Assembly (NCBI GenBank): GCA_013265495.1
Contig: MU058451.1
Location: forward strand, 2,146,167-2,210,166
Source: Vicugna vicugna
Taxonomy: Eukaryota
Length of the DNA: 64,000 nucleotides
Direction: 5' to 3'
This document shows positions 50,761 through 63,330 of this stretch, piece by piece. Position numbers and translations under genes: made by a program. Each line of letters opens with the position of its first letter. Within the stretch, counting starts at the first letter, position 1. The notes under the pieces were generated by a model. It ran no database searches and had not been told where the DNA came from. It saw only the letters and a list, made by a program, of their open reading frames with translations.

Positions 50761-53291
50761 AATAGTCAACATGAAATCCAGATGCTTCCTACGTGAGCTT
50801 TCCAGTTAAATGACAGAGAAAAATTTTTATAAGCTCTCTAAGAAGGAACTAAAAAAAACTGACGTTTATCTATTTAGAATATTAGTAATTGTGCCTTGTC
50901 ATTCAATTGTTTCTGTGCCATATAAATTATGGTATGTGGACTGGAAATAAAAATACATTAAAAATAAAAGCTAATTATGATGAGCTTGAAAAAAATAGTC
51001 AACCGAGTATCTTTTTTGGAGAAATGTCTATTCAAGTTCTTTGCCCATATTTCACTGGAATTGTTTGTGAGTAATCACTTTTAAAAAGTGATGTTTATTG
51101 CTTCTCCAAACTATTCATAGTTGGTATTTTCTAACTTGGGGGGTGGTAATGAGGGTTAGCATCCTGACTATATCTCTCACCTCGACACTATTCTAAGAGC
51201 CACTGCCCTCTGATCTGAATCCCAGGTAAGAACCAAGCTAACGTTTATTGAGTCCTTACTATATGCTAGACAGTGTTTTGAGTGCTCTTACATTTAGTAA
51301 CTCATCTAATTGTCGTGAAAACCCTATGCAATACACCCTCATTGAGTTAAAAACCAAGATGAAAAAGCATTAAAATAACTTTGCTCCAGATCACATAGCT
51401 GGAAAGTGGTGGTGCTGGGATTTAAAGCCAGTTCAGGTGCTAGGCACCAAGAGAGGTAAACTAAGATGTGACTGAGGTAGTCCTCAGCTCAAGTTTTTGA
51501 TACTTAATAGTCTCTACGAGGTGGTTTTCAGGTCGGTTTTTACTCCAGAGTTCTAGAAAGCTATTGGGACAGGACGATGAACTGCTGTGCACACAACTAA
51601 ACTTTCTCAAGAGAGTAGCAAGTCTGTGAGTATCTTAAAATTGTATCTAGGCAAATAGAAAGATATTGACCAAAAAAAGCACACCTGGGTGTAAAATAGA
51701 CCAACTTCAGTGAAAAACAGTTTGAATTTCCACCAATGAATGCGATCAGTGATAGAGGACGTAGAGGAATCGGAGTGCAGCGTTAGGGGGGCTAAGCCCA
51801 GGAACTGCATGAAGAGACCCCGTGGGCTGCTCGTTCCCTCGTCATCAGGAAAATAGGTGAACATGCTGAATGGAAACCTCGTGGAAACATCACTGGGTGT
51901 AACCTAATGAAAACCAGTGTCCCAAAATTTGCTCACCGGGGAATTAAAAAATAAAAATAAAAGCTCAATGATCTGTTCTATGTTTTAACACAGAGGAAAA
52001 AAGTCGATCCAATTACACCGAGTAAAGTTTTTTTTTTGGTAACTGGATTCATTAAGCACAGGATGTGCCCAAACTTCTTCCTGAAAGTACGCTAAGTAGT
52101 CTTTGAAGATGTTATTGGCTCAATGAAATACATTAATAAACCTAAAAACATCCATATGTTTTAACATGAGTGAGTTGTGAGCATGATACACCCTCTTCCC
52201 CCAGAGCCTTCATTTCCCACCCACTGCCATCTTTATTTCCTTCCGATCCCTTTCTTTTAAGTTTTTTTTCTCTCATTAAAAACTACTTATAACTTTATAG
52301 CAAGAATTGGGGTCTATAAGAAGCTGTCATTAACTCGACAGCCAAATGCCAGAAAAAAGAGAGGAGTTTGGAAAACAAAACTGATTTGGAACAAAGCAGA
52401 CAGTAAAACTGGCAAAGAACAGGTTGAGAGCAAACTGCCTGTGGGCACCGGTTTGAGTCTGTGATTCACGACTGATACTAAATGGACTTTGTAAGTAACC
52501 AGTCGTCTAATGTGTAGACGTTAGTTTTTGAATCATCAGTAGTCCTAGAACAAGTGGAAGTCTGACCAAGATACATATTAGACAACTGTGTAATCCACAA
52601 CAACTGAGCAAACGTAGCTCAGAAAAAAAAGGGCGAAGAGCAGAGAAAGTTTCCTTGCATTTAACGAAATCGCTTGTGACTCCACTCGGCGTGGTGTCCG
52701 ATGACGGTCTTTCCAGGGTCTGTTTCACAGCGGAGCGGGTAGATACGCTCCGTGGGAACGTTGCTGGAGGGAAGAGAGGTCGCTAGACTGAGACTTAGGA
52801 AAGCTGTCCCTGCGGAGTCGAGTTTGGAAACGGATCTGTGAGGAAGAGACAGGGGTGATCAGGCAGGAAGGATGTGGGAGGCCCTTCCAGCCGGGGTGGG
52901 GGCGAGAACAGAGGCATCCTGAGAACAACCGAGAGAGGGGTCAAGCGTGTGTCGCTTGCGAAAAATGAGAAAAGGAGCCCAACATCACGTGCACAAATGC
53001 GGGGAAGGGACAGAGAAGAGAGGCGTGCCCAGGTCAGGAAGCCTGGAGCGTGAGATTGCTCCAGAAGCAGCATTTGGCCTCAGAAAACCAAGAGCATTGT
53101 GCTGCTGGGAGTGTGAGTGGACGCCTGTGGGTGACCTGGGCGAGGTCTGTCCTTTGCAGCAGGTTTTTGTTTTGATTCAGCAGATGCTGGAACCCTTCAG
53201 TGCAACGTTGACCTGCACAGGCTGAGACTCAGCCCCGTCTCTGAGATCCATCTGGTTGGCGACTAGAGGAGTGAAAGGCCAACGTGTAGAG

Positions 53292-53500
53292 CAGTGGTTC
53301 TCAGCTTCGGGGGGATTTTGCCCGCGCTCCACCAGGGGACGTTTGGCAATGTCAGGGAATATATTTGGTTGTCACAGCTGGTGGTGGGACGGGAGGCTAC
53401 TGGCACCTAGTGGGTAGAGGCTGGAGAGGCTGCTAACCAGCCCCCACCGCAAAGACTCGTCCAGGCCAAAATGTCAGTAGTGTCGAGGCTGGGAAACTCG
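53292..53500 (+). mobile_element. MER20 hAT-Charlie relic
   Basis: cagtggttctcagc...ggggattttgccc...ccaggggacgtttggcaatgtc...tttggttgtcacagctgg...ctactggcacctagtgggtagaggc...ccaaaatgtcagtagtgtcgagg. Confidence 0.85.
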
Positions 53501-53886
53501 GAGACAGACTGATCCATCCTCTCCCTTCCCTTGTGCTCCACGCCAAGGACACCCCACCCCTCCCCCAAACACACACAGAATGAATTCAGGAATCCAAGTC
53601 CGGGGCCCAGTTGTCAGGGTGTTGGGCTGTCATCTGGAGGCCAGAGAGTGGCTGAATACTGACCACAATAGCAGCTACCAGTGTTGAGTGTCCCATGCGA
53701 GGTGCCCTGCTTTATTCAGCTCTCAGCTAATCCCTACGCAGCCCTGCCGGCTAGGTCCTCCCAGCTCACACTCACACAGGAAGGAACGCAGACTCAGAAA
53801 ACGTACCCAGGGTCACACAGCCAGTCCTTCAGGGGGCTTAGCCAGGATTTTGAACCAAGTTCTAAAGATTCTAAAGTCCTGTTTTT

Positions 53887-53983
53887 GTTTTATTTTGTTT
53901 CCCCTTAATGGAGGTACTGGGGATTGAACCCAGGACCTCGTGCATGCTAAGCATGTGCTCTACCACTGAGTTCTACCCTCCCC
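53887..53983 (-). mobile_element. tRNA-derived camelid SINE (Vic-1-like), near consensus
   Basis: gaggtactggggattgaacccaggacctcgtgcatgctaagcatgtgctctaccactgag, with TSD tctaaagtcctgtttt / tctaaagctctgtttt. Confidence 0.88.
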
Positions 53984-55532
53984 TCTAAAGCTCTGTTTTT
54001 TGATAAGATTGGTTCAGCATCCACTCTGATGCCAGAGCCATTTCAATGTGGAACATTTTGCAGTGGAGGAAAAAACAGGTGTTAAACCCTCAGCTGTTTT
54101 AACCAACAGCATTTCGGTCTGTCCCAGCCCCTCACTTCTTTGATGGCCTGAGGCAGGGTTGATCTGAGCAGGGCTCAGAAATTGATGTTGTTTTTAGGTT
54201 TGATGAGGGAATGAAAACACAGAGGCATTAAATCAGCCTGCCTCTGGCTCTCTCTCCCGTACCACACGGCATTGCTTCCATCATATAGCACACTCGTGTG
54301 TGTGTGTGTCTGTCTGCGTGTGAGTGTGGGATGGTGGACAGCCTACATGTGTTTTCATATATAACAGGAGTGTTCTAGCTTCCTGACTCCTCCTGTCCCC
54401 TCTCCATGCTCTCTCAACACCGTGTACATTGTTAGCCAATGCCATGCCCTCAACAAGCGTTCAGTTAATGTTAGCTGTTAATATGATTGTTACCATTTCC
54501 CCACGTTGGTGCATGTGACAAGGAGAGGCAATATGGTCCATTTGTCTCTCTCATCTCTGGGACTGCAACCTCCTGTAAGGCAGCGACCGTGTCTTTCTTA
54601 TCTTTGAAATCCAGCTCCTGGCACAGGGGTGCCACTCAATAAATGTTTGTTGAATGACTACTCTATGGGAAAGAAAGCCTCCAACACACGGTTTTGATGA
54701 TTCAAGGGGCCTGGTGGGCACTTCTACTCAGCACCTCTGTTTCTCAGAAGAGTTGGCGCAATTCTTCAAAGCCATCACTCTGCGGAAACATCAGAGTTGG
54801 GTACTTCAAGCAGGGCGCTTGGTGACTGGTACCAACAGCGTCAAAGAGTCATGGTATTTGTCAGGAGACAACTTGATGGAGAGACACAGCTTTCTCTGCC
54901 TTCTGATATACTTCAATTTTTTTAATTATTAAAATTCAAAATAACAACATAAATGTTAAAAACTTAAACATTTTAATGTGTGTGTTTGTGGTATCATCAT
55001 TTTAAAGTAAAAGTTAATTTAAACTCCAGTCAAAGAAGAGAAAGAAGCAAGGTGTTGCTCTAACCGTCCCACCACCTCCTTATTTCTAAACGAAACGTAT
55101 GGTTAGAAAGTTGATCTTGGTGTTAAAAAAACAAACAAATAGGTCCTTGAGTCAGTAAATAGGGCTTTTGTTTTCTTTTTTTGCACTGATATGTACAGTG
55201 CAAATTAAAGAAAATGGTTTTTGTAGTTCTTGGCTTGGTAATCACCCTGGAAAATGATTGTGGAATGTGAGTGATTGCAAGAGATTGTTTATTCCATTAC
55301 TTTCACCCTGACCAAGCCCACATCTTTCTCTAAAGTATGTCTTATTTTTAGAGCTTATAAATCAAATGTATTGTTGAGAAGGAATGAAGCATGAAATGCA
55401 CTGGCAAGCAAAAACCCAGCCTTATTCAGCAGTCCTTACACACCAGAAACGAAAGTGTGGCCACTAAGTCTGTTCTCCCCATGAGGCTCTAGCTTTGGAC
55501 CCCTTTTGAGATATTTATCATGTATTATTGTT

Positions 55533-55586
55533 AAAAAGAAAGAGAGAGAGAGAGAAAGAAAAAGAGAGAAAGAAAAAGAAAGAAAG

Positions 55587-55660
<74 letters not shown>

Positions 55661-55697
55661 GAAGGAAGAAAGGAAGAAAGAAAGAAAGGAAGAAAAA
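55533..55697 (+). repeat. (GAAA)n / GA-rich polypurine microsatellite
   Basis: About 165 bp containing only A and G, with a long perfect GAAA array. Confidence 0.97.
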
Positions 55698-56589
55698 TCT
55701 ACTTTTCAAGAATATTTGTGATTTCAACAAATAGGCAGCAGGAAAGATAAAAACCAACAGTTAATTCTTATTCATTTCAACATTTAAGACCACAAGTTTT
55801 AAATATGTAAATCCCATGGGAGATATATGCATATTTAAAATGAGCATAAAAATAAGACTAAGCAGAAGAAAATAATTCATGAACATACGATCACCTCCAG
55901 GTCTAGGGAGAAAGTGTATGTCCTTGGCGAATCGCTGATCCTTTCTGCACCACAGTTTCCTCACCTGGGAGATAAAGTTGTTGAACCCTGGTTGCCCCAT
56001 CCTTTCCTGGTCTCACATGCCATGATCGCCTCTTCCTCACTCCCAAATCTATTAACCACCTCAGAAGTCATACATATGTTGCAGAACACTGATTACAGCC
56101 ATCTGAAGGGGTGTGAGACCCGGAGATTCCCGTGGGCATTTTTAAGTCAGCTGGGTAATGGGACCAGCTTCCAAGGGAAATCGAGCTGCTCAGAGAGGGA
56201 CCAGCTCTGTGGCACATTAATGCTAATGAGCTGAGCCTTCATACATGATGGAAAAACCTTCCCTTCCCATGTTTTTGCTGATGGCATCCTAGTGCTTAAA
56301 GAGCCTCTGTTCCTTGTCCCCCTGCCAGAGGCCCCAGCCCCGGGGACTGTCAACTGCCCATGGCCATCCCGCTTTCTGACTTTGAACCTTAGGCTCAGCA
56401 CTGCAGATTTGTTTCCTCCGCCGGGTTATACCTCATTCAGATACATACCTTAAAACCCATGTATGCCTTTCATTTGGGCCCTAGTGACTTTATGCTTTGA
56501 AAAGTTTTTATGTCTATTAGCTCATTGATTGTTTTGAAATGGCAGCATCCAACAATAATCTCAGAACATCCGGTTTCTTTTTGTATTAT

Positions 56590-57005
56590 TATTATTTTTT
56601 AAATAACATATTTATTGTGGTATGGTTCCTGTACAGTAAACTACACATATTTCAGATGTACAGCTTGCTGAATTTTGATAAATGTATACACCAATGAAGC
56701 CACTACCACAATCAAGAGGTGCAATTTTCGAATTCTCAGTTTAACCCTTCCCACTTGCTTTACCCCCTGGTAACCATAAATTTGTTCTCCGTGTCTGTGA
56801 GTCTGTTTCTGTTTTGTAGATAAGTTCATTTATACCCTTTTTTTTTTTTAGAGTTCCACATTTAAGCAATATCATATGGCACTTTTCTTTCTCTTTCTGG
56901 CATACTATTATTATTCCTCTTTATTTTTATTGAAGTGTAGTTGATTTGCAATGTTAGTTTCAGGTGTACAGCAAAGCAACTCAGTTACATATATATATAT
57001 ATGAA
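56590..57005 (-). mobile_element. Composite of L1 3' UTR fragments
   Basis: Several antisense L1 3' segments (cccctggtaaccataaatttgttctc...; tttattgaagtgtagttgatttgcaatgtt). Confidence 0.7.
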
Positions 57006-58164
57006 CATCTGGTTTCTAAACAGAGTCCTATTATAAAACAAAAACCCAAACCTATGTGTTTCCCTTTGCCTTAGTTTTCTTATCTGGATAAATAAGAACT
57101 CATCATAGCCTTTGCTTCTGCCCTCAGATACAGTAAGGGTAACATGAGATATAAATGCAAAGGAGTTCTGCAAAGTTTTTGCTCAGCATCATATCAATAT
57201 AAAGTAATATTCCACAGTGAAATTAGTGTTAGGACGATCTCCAAGAAATACTTTTCAGTGCGTGTGATGCCTCTTCATGTCAGGTGCCTGATGAATGACA
57301 GCCTTCAGACCCAAGTTAACGGAGCGGTGGGAAAGAATTCTCCCTCTCCCCATGCCTCCCACCCCATCTTTTCTTCTTGCCTGAAACATCTGGCAGCCCT
57401 TTGTAGTTCTGGATGATTTGATTTGGAATTCATTAGTAATAATTGATGTGCTTTCTGGAATTTGTTTAAACAGTTAATCGCATGGTGAGTAGCTAAGTCA
57501 AAAAGGATTGTTTGAATGGAGTCTGCCAACCTGGTAGCATTGAGATGGGCAAGAATGGAGTGGCTGATGCCTGAGGTTTAAAGGGCGACCCCAGCCCTGC
57601 CCCTCACCCACTGGGGGCCTGAAGGAGCTTATCTGTCACAGGGGAAGCTTGGTTTCCTTGTAGGTTTCCTTTTAAGACTCTCTTTTGGCAGGGATGGGGG
57701 GACAACCGAAGACATTTGTACTTTAATGACCGTCAGTGATGGGGCCACACAAATATGCAGAGCTTGGAACTGGCATTGGAGAAGGTTAAAATGTGGAAAT
57801 CTGGAAAAGAAAGTGTCCATGCAGACAACTCTAAGCATATAGGGGAGGATTCCTCTAAGGCAACTTGGGGGCATGGGTTCTTCATTCTGGGGGTCATGGA
57901 CCTCCACGAGAATCTGATGAGAGCTGTTGTCAAATGTGTGCCACATGCATAAGACATAAGTATGAAGATGTTTGTGTGTGTCTTTGTGTGCAAGTTGATT
58001 GGGCATACAATTGTGAGGGGTTCCTAGACCTCCTGAGGTGCATACAAGGACTAGGGTTAAAAAGCTCTGAAATAGTGATGGTAAAATAATAAGAGGAAGG
58101 AGGTTTGTGCTGGAGAATCTCTGGAAATAACTGAATTACAGTTGGTATTAAAGTCCAGACTAAG

Positions 58165-58935
58165 AGTCCAGCAATCCCACTTCTAGGAATATTTCTGAAG
58201 GAAACAAAAAAAGCTATGTTGAATAGATATCTGCACTCACGTTTAATAATAGCCTTATTTTCAATAGCCAAGACATGGAAATAACCCAAGGACCCATCAA
58301 TGAATGAATGGATAAAGAAAATGTGATATGTGTGTGTGTGTGTGTGTGTGTCTGTATATATATGTGTATATATGTGTGTATTTGTATATATATGTATATA
58401 TATAAAATGAAATATTATGCAGGCATGAAAAAGAAGGAAATCTTGTCATTTGGGACAACATGAATGGACCTTGAAGGCATTATGCTAAATGAACTAAATC
58501 AGACAAAGACAAATACTGTATGATCCTTCTTAAATGTGGAATCTAATAAAAACCAAACTCATAGAAACTGAACAGATTGGTGGTTGCCAGTGGCAGGGGC
58601 AGGGGAGTGGGTGAAATGGGTATAGGGGTCCAAAGGTATAGTCTTCTAGTTATAAGATAAATAAATTCCAGGGATGCAACAGATATCATGATGACTATAG
58701 TTAACAATACTGTAGTGTATATTTGAAAGTTAAGAGAGTAAACCTTCAAAATTCTCATCACAAGAAAAAAAATGTTTGTATACGAGATGATGTATGCTAA
58801 CTGGACTTACTTTGGTAATCATTTTGCAATCTATACATATATCAAATCATAATGTTGTACACGTTAAGCTAATACAATGTTATATATTAATGATATTTCA
58901 ATAAAACTGGAGAGAGGGGAAGCCAGAAAAAAAAA
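58165..58935 (+). mobile_element. L1 ORF2 end and 3' UTR (L1MA-type)
   Basis: ccagcaatcccacttctagg...gaatggataaagaaaatgtg...gcattatgctaaatgaa...tttcaataaaactgg, with an internal (TG)n/(TA)n tract. Confidence 0.85.
58328..58403. repeat. (TG)n/(TA)n compound microsatellite within L1
   Basis: Seen directly in the sequence. Confidence 0.9.
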
Positions 58936-60370
58936 TAGAACCTTCTATATAAGATCACAACACTTGCAGGATACACAAATTTACTACCAGGATACCTCTA
59001 AGAGAGTCCAGTGATAAGCAAATGAGATTGACATTTTTACAAGTTGCCTAGATCAAATGTCACTCGCCTAAAGCCATAGCCGCTGTACATCTATTTCCAA
59101 GGTATAATTCCTTCGAATCTGGGATCAACAGATTGTAAACTGGTTTTATTAAGTAGCTGGGTGGTATGCAGTGCTTTCATAGAAGTTCTAAGCTACTGAC
59201 AAAATACATGTCAACGTGGAAATATTCAGTGGGAAAAAGTAGTATTTTTGCTTCTGTAATGATAGGAACAAGGTTTTTTATCCAGCAATTAGTAAGATGT
59301 TCTGTACGAAAGATTGGGAACCATTGCCCTAATGATCACCCAGAGAATATTGTAATTTATCCAAAGAATCAGTTTTTAGGAGTTTCCCCATTTCTGAAAT
59401 AGGGCACAGTACTGCAGCAAGTGGCCGCTTAATGCAGAACAAATTTTGAGGTGTCAGATTCCTTTGAAAATGTGAGTCCAAGATGGAAACACTAACTGTA
59501 AACCCTGAGGTTACAGGAGACTTTAGAGATCAATAAGGGAGGGAAAGGACATTGCAAAGGAAGTCTGAATCCTCTCCTTAATGTGGATTTGTTTTGTTTT
59601 GTTTCGCTTTGATTTTAGATCCAAACAGTATTCTTTAGTGGAGAGCAGATGTTCGGTAGAAACTGGAAATATAAGTTAAATCAAGAGTGTCCCTTGCTTT
59701 GCGGTCAACACACAGAGTCAGAACAAACAAAAAAAAAAGGCCTCCAGAGAGTCCTCCTTCTTTGACTGGCCTCTCTCTCCAGGTGGCATGAAACGAACAC
59801 AGCCTCCCACACCAGCTGGGCCCTGCATCTTAAGGGAGGTGGTCTTGCCGGGCGTGGGCTGGAAGCATGCAGCTTGATGGTTTGCACTGCATCTTCAGAT
59901 GCTGTCTTCACAAAATATGAGGACCACTTAAATGAACCCCTTTTTATAATAAACTCAATTCAAACGGGAATCCATCAAGCTTCATGCTTTTAAAAAAAAT
60001 TCTTATAACTAGTCAATTTACCCTGTTTTTCACAAAGTCTATGGCGACACTTCCTGACTTTCTCTGTGTTTCCCCCACTGGGTTATTTTTTCAATCACCT
60101 TTTGAGAATATAGCCCTCCTTTGGAAGACCAGTAGGAATAATCTCTGAACAGGAACTGTATGATGACACATCTGGAAAGTTCAGAAGAGAAACTCAGAGT
60201 GGCCAGGGTGGTTTTTTTCTGAAAAGCCCTGCAAAGTGTCTAAAAAGCTTTCTTGTGTTGGAGGTCCACATGAGAACTTTGGTCCACCTCACCTTCAGGC
60301 AAAGCAACTCAGCTCTCTAACCCTCAGTGTCCTTATTGTGAAATCCTCTTCCAAAGCAAATTGGATTAGG

Positions 60371-60930
60371 TCGTTGATAAATTAGAAACCGTGGCGAGTC
60401 TGAGATTCTGCTCCATTTGCAAGCTAACAAGTTAGCCTACCACGGATTTGTGTAGTTATATGACAGAAGACTCTGGGTCAGAGATACAGACCAGTTCTTA
60501 CTCACAGCAGAAGAAACAACCAGAGCGGTATCTTGCTTTGTTTCCTCAGAATGACAAGAGCCACATGATACCCACGTGTACAGTGGGGTGTATCAGAGGA
60601 GAGGAACTCTGAAGTTAGGAAAATTTGATTTTATATAGGGCTGCTGGTAACCAGCCCACCCTTCCCTCTAAAGAGAAAGATTATATGTTACTTTGGAATG
60701 TAAACTAGGCTCCTCCAGGGAGCGAAAGAAAGGGGCTTTATCTTTATTACCCTGGAATGTCTCCAGAGAAGAAGAGAGACATCTCTAAGCTTTATTATCC
60801 TGGAATGTCTCCTTATACAAACAAGGGCTATAAATGCCTTTGCTCGGAGGACCTGGGCCATGCAGGAATATGGGGAATCCATAGACAAGTGTCTACCAGC
60901 AGTCATTTGCTTGCTCAAAACCCTCGGTCG
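60371..60930. mobile_element. MER74-like ERVL LTR
   Basis: gttgataaattagaaaccgtggcgagtctgagatt...ttgcaagctaacaagttagcct...ctgggtcagagat...ttactcacagca. Confidence 0.6.
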
Positions 60931-61724
60931 TTTTCCTCTGTAACTAAAATAATAGCCGACCCTGCCTTGTCGTGGTCTAGGAGACCGACTTGATCTGATC
61001 CCTTCCTACCTTTCCAATCTCGTCTCATTCGTCTCCACTAGGCTTCAGCCACCTTGGTTTCTCATATGTGTCTCTTGGACATTTCAAGTTTATTTTTACC
61101 TTGAAATTCTCGAACTTGGTGCTGGAATGCTATTCCCTGGGACCTTCCCATAACTGATTTCTGATCTTCATCTAAGACACACAATGCAAGTGTCACCTCT
61201 GCAGGGAAGCCTTTCCTCTCCCAACATAGTCCTTCTCTATTACATCCCCATCTCATTGTCTTCATAGCCTTTGGCATTTTTTCTGCTCACTTCTCTGTTT
61301 GCTGTCTGTCTGCCCCTGCAAGAATGTTAAGTCCTATGAGATTAGAGAACTTTGTACTCAATTTTTAATCTATTAGCTAGAACAATATCTGGCTTATTTT
61401 ACAAAACATTTGTTGAATGTATGTTGAATCTATAAAATGGGGATAATGATAGTTATTTCATAGAAGCTTAATTTACCGAATATAAACATGTTTGTAAATT
61501 ATAGGTAGATATAATGGAACTATATTAATAGTAATATTGGGTCCAATCATGGAGGTGAAGTTGTGATGTAAGAGTTAGCACTGCACTGAACTCTAAATAG
61601 TCAGCAGTCGACTCCAGAACATAGCTTCCTTTGGCAGAGGACATGTATTAAATTCAAATCAATTCAAAAATCAGTAGGGACTTGGTACTCATTTGTGTAT
61701 GCTTCTTACTTTTTCTTTTTTGTA

Positions 61725-62238
61725 TTTTTTTAAATTGAAGTATAGTTGATTTACAATGTTGTGTTAGTTTTAGGTGTACAGCATAGTGATTCAGTTATAC
61801 ATTATGCATATGTAGGATCTTGTTGTTTTTCTATTTTATGTATAGTGGTTTGTATCAGCTAATCCCAAACTCTTAGTTTATCTCTCCCCCTTTCCCCTTT
61901 GGTAACTATAAATTTGTTTTCTAAGTCTATGAGTCTGTTTCTATAAATAAATTCATTTGTGTCATTTTTTTTAGATTCCACATATAAGTGATATCATATG
62001 ATATTTGTCTTTCTCTGTCTGACTTACTTCACTTAGTCTGATAATCTCAAGGTCCATCCATGTTGCTGCAAATGGCATTTCATTCTTTTTTATTGCTGAG
62101 TAGTATTCCATTGTGTGTATGTATGTGTGTGTGTGTATACACACCACATCTTCTTTATCCAGTCATCTGTCAATGGACATTTAGGTTGCTTCCATGTCTT
62201 GGCTATTGTAAGTAGTGCTGCTATGAACATTGAGGTAT
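61725..62238 (-). mobile_element. L1 3' UTR (younger L1, antisense)
   Basis: tttttaaattgaagtatagttgatttacaatgttgtg...tagattccacatataagtgatatc...ggacatttaggttgcttccatgtcttggctattg. Confidence 0.85.
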
Positions 62239-62699
62239 ACATATTACTTTTAATCTATTTGTGAAAAACTGTAGAAATGCATAAATAAATTTGATGCAGC
62301 CATATTTTAAAATTTTCTTCAAAGCTTTGCCCAGTAGGGGACTGTACACTCAGTAAATGTATATTAAAATGAATTGACTTAATTATTCAATATGTAAATA
62401 AAACTGCTGTTGGGCCACAAAGATGAGTTTCTTCATTCAACAAATATTTATTAAGAGTTTTCTGTTAACAGGATGCTGTACTAGGCTCTGGGAATTCACC
62501 AATGAAGGTGAGTATCTGTCTTCAAGGAGCTCATTTTAATACCATATGGAGGCAGGTGAATGAATTGCCAAATCGAAGGTAATATTAATATCTAGTATGA
62601 CTGATGGGAAGCAGAAAATTCATATTCTTTTTCTGATTTGGCTCATGACTTACTTTCTCAATGGTTCTCTTTCCCCATCTGTAAAATGGGTATTCTGGG

Positions 62700-63330
62700 C
62701 TCTATTCCCTCCTCACCACCCTAGTCTGGGCCCTCACTTTCTCTTGCTTCTCTTGGACCAGTGTGACTATCTCTTAATTGTTTTTTCTCCCTTCAGTCTT
62801 GGACCTCACAAATCTACTCTCTTTTCTTACTGAATCAAATCCAATCTTTTTAATAGGGCACAGAAATTTCTTCATGATCTGGCACCTGACAAATCCCCTA
62901 ACCTCACTATGTTCTTTCTTGCCTCACAATCTACATTCTAGATATGTTGACCTGCTCTTACTCTCTGACCTTACTCTATTCTTTCAGACTTCTGTTCTTT
63001 GCTTGTCCTGTGCTCACGGACCAGAAAGCCTGGAGCACTTTTCTTTCCTACACATGCCCATCCTCACCTGCTCAGGCTAGGAGGCCATCCCTGATCCATC
63101 TTCAACCCCTCTCCCTTTATTTTGGCTCTTGTCCATGCGCCTTGTGTTTGTCTCCATCGCTGCACTCACACGCTTATGATTTCCTCTGTGCATATCTGCT
63201 TTCTCCACTGTTCTCACTTCTTCTGCTAGAAATGGTGTCTGAGTTAGCCTTTCATCTTTAACATCTAACCTGTTAAATGACAGAATCGATGCTCATAATA
63301 TTTGTTGAAGGCAAGACAGAAAGAAGGAAA
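62700..63330 (+). mobile_element. L2 fragment
   Basis: Pyrimidine-rich degenerate L2 ending gatgctcataatatttgttgaa. Confidence 0.5.

Larger units (their letters stand above)
49668..51070 (-). mobile_element. L1MB-like element, interrupted by nested insertions
   Basis: Antisense L1 3' UTR and ORF2 motifs (cagtggtatttagtacattcacaatattgtgcaaccatcacc; tttttgaggaaccgccaaactgtt; ttggagaaatgtctattcaag). Confidence 0.85.

Noticed and set aside
53329..53341. CTCF-like CCACCAGGGGACG inside MER20
   Set aside because: It lacks the conserved GGC of the core and derives from the repeat, so it is too weak to call.
55506..55757. Lys/Glu/Arg-rich and Phe/Leu/Ser-rich ORFs
   Set aside because: Translations of the (GAAA)n microsatellite.
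60740..60815. 23-bp direct repeat (ctttatta[c/t]cctggaatgtctcc) separated by a short spacer, superficially CRISPR-like
   Set aside because: Only two copies, inside an ERVL LTR in mammalian DNA. It is most likely an internal LTR duplication.
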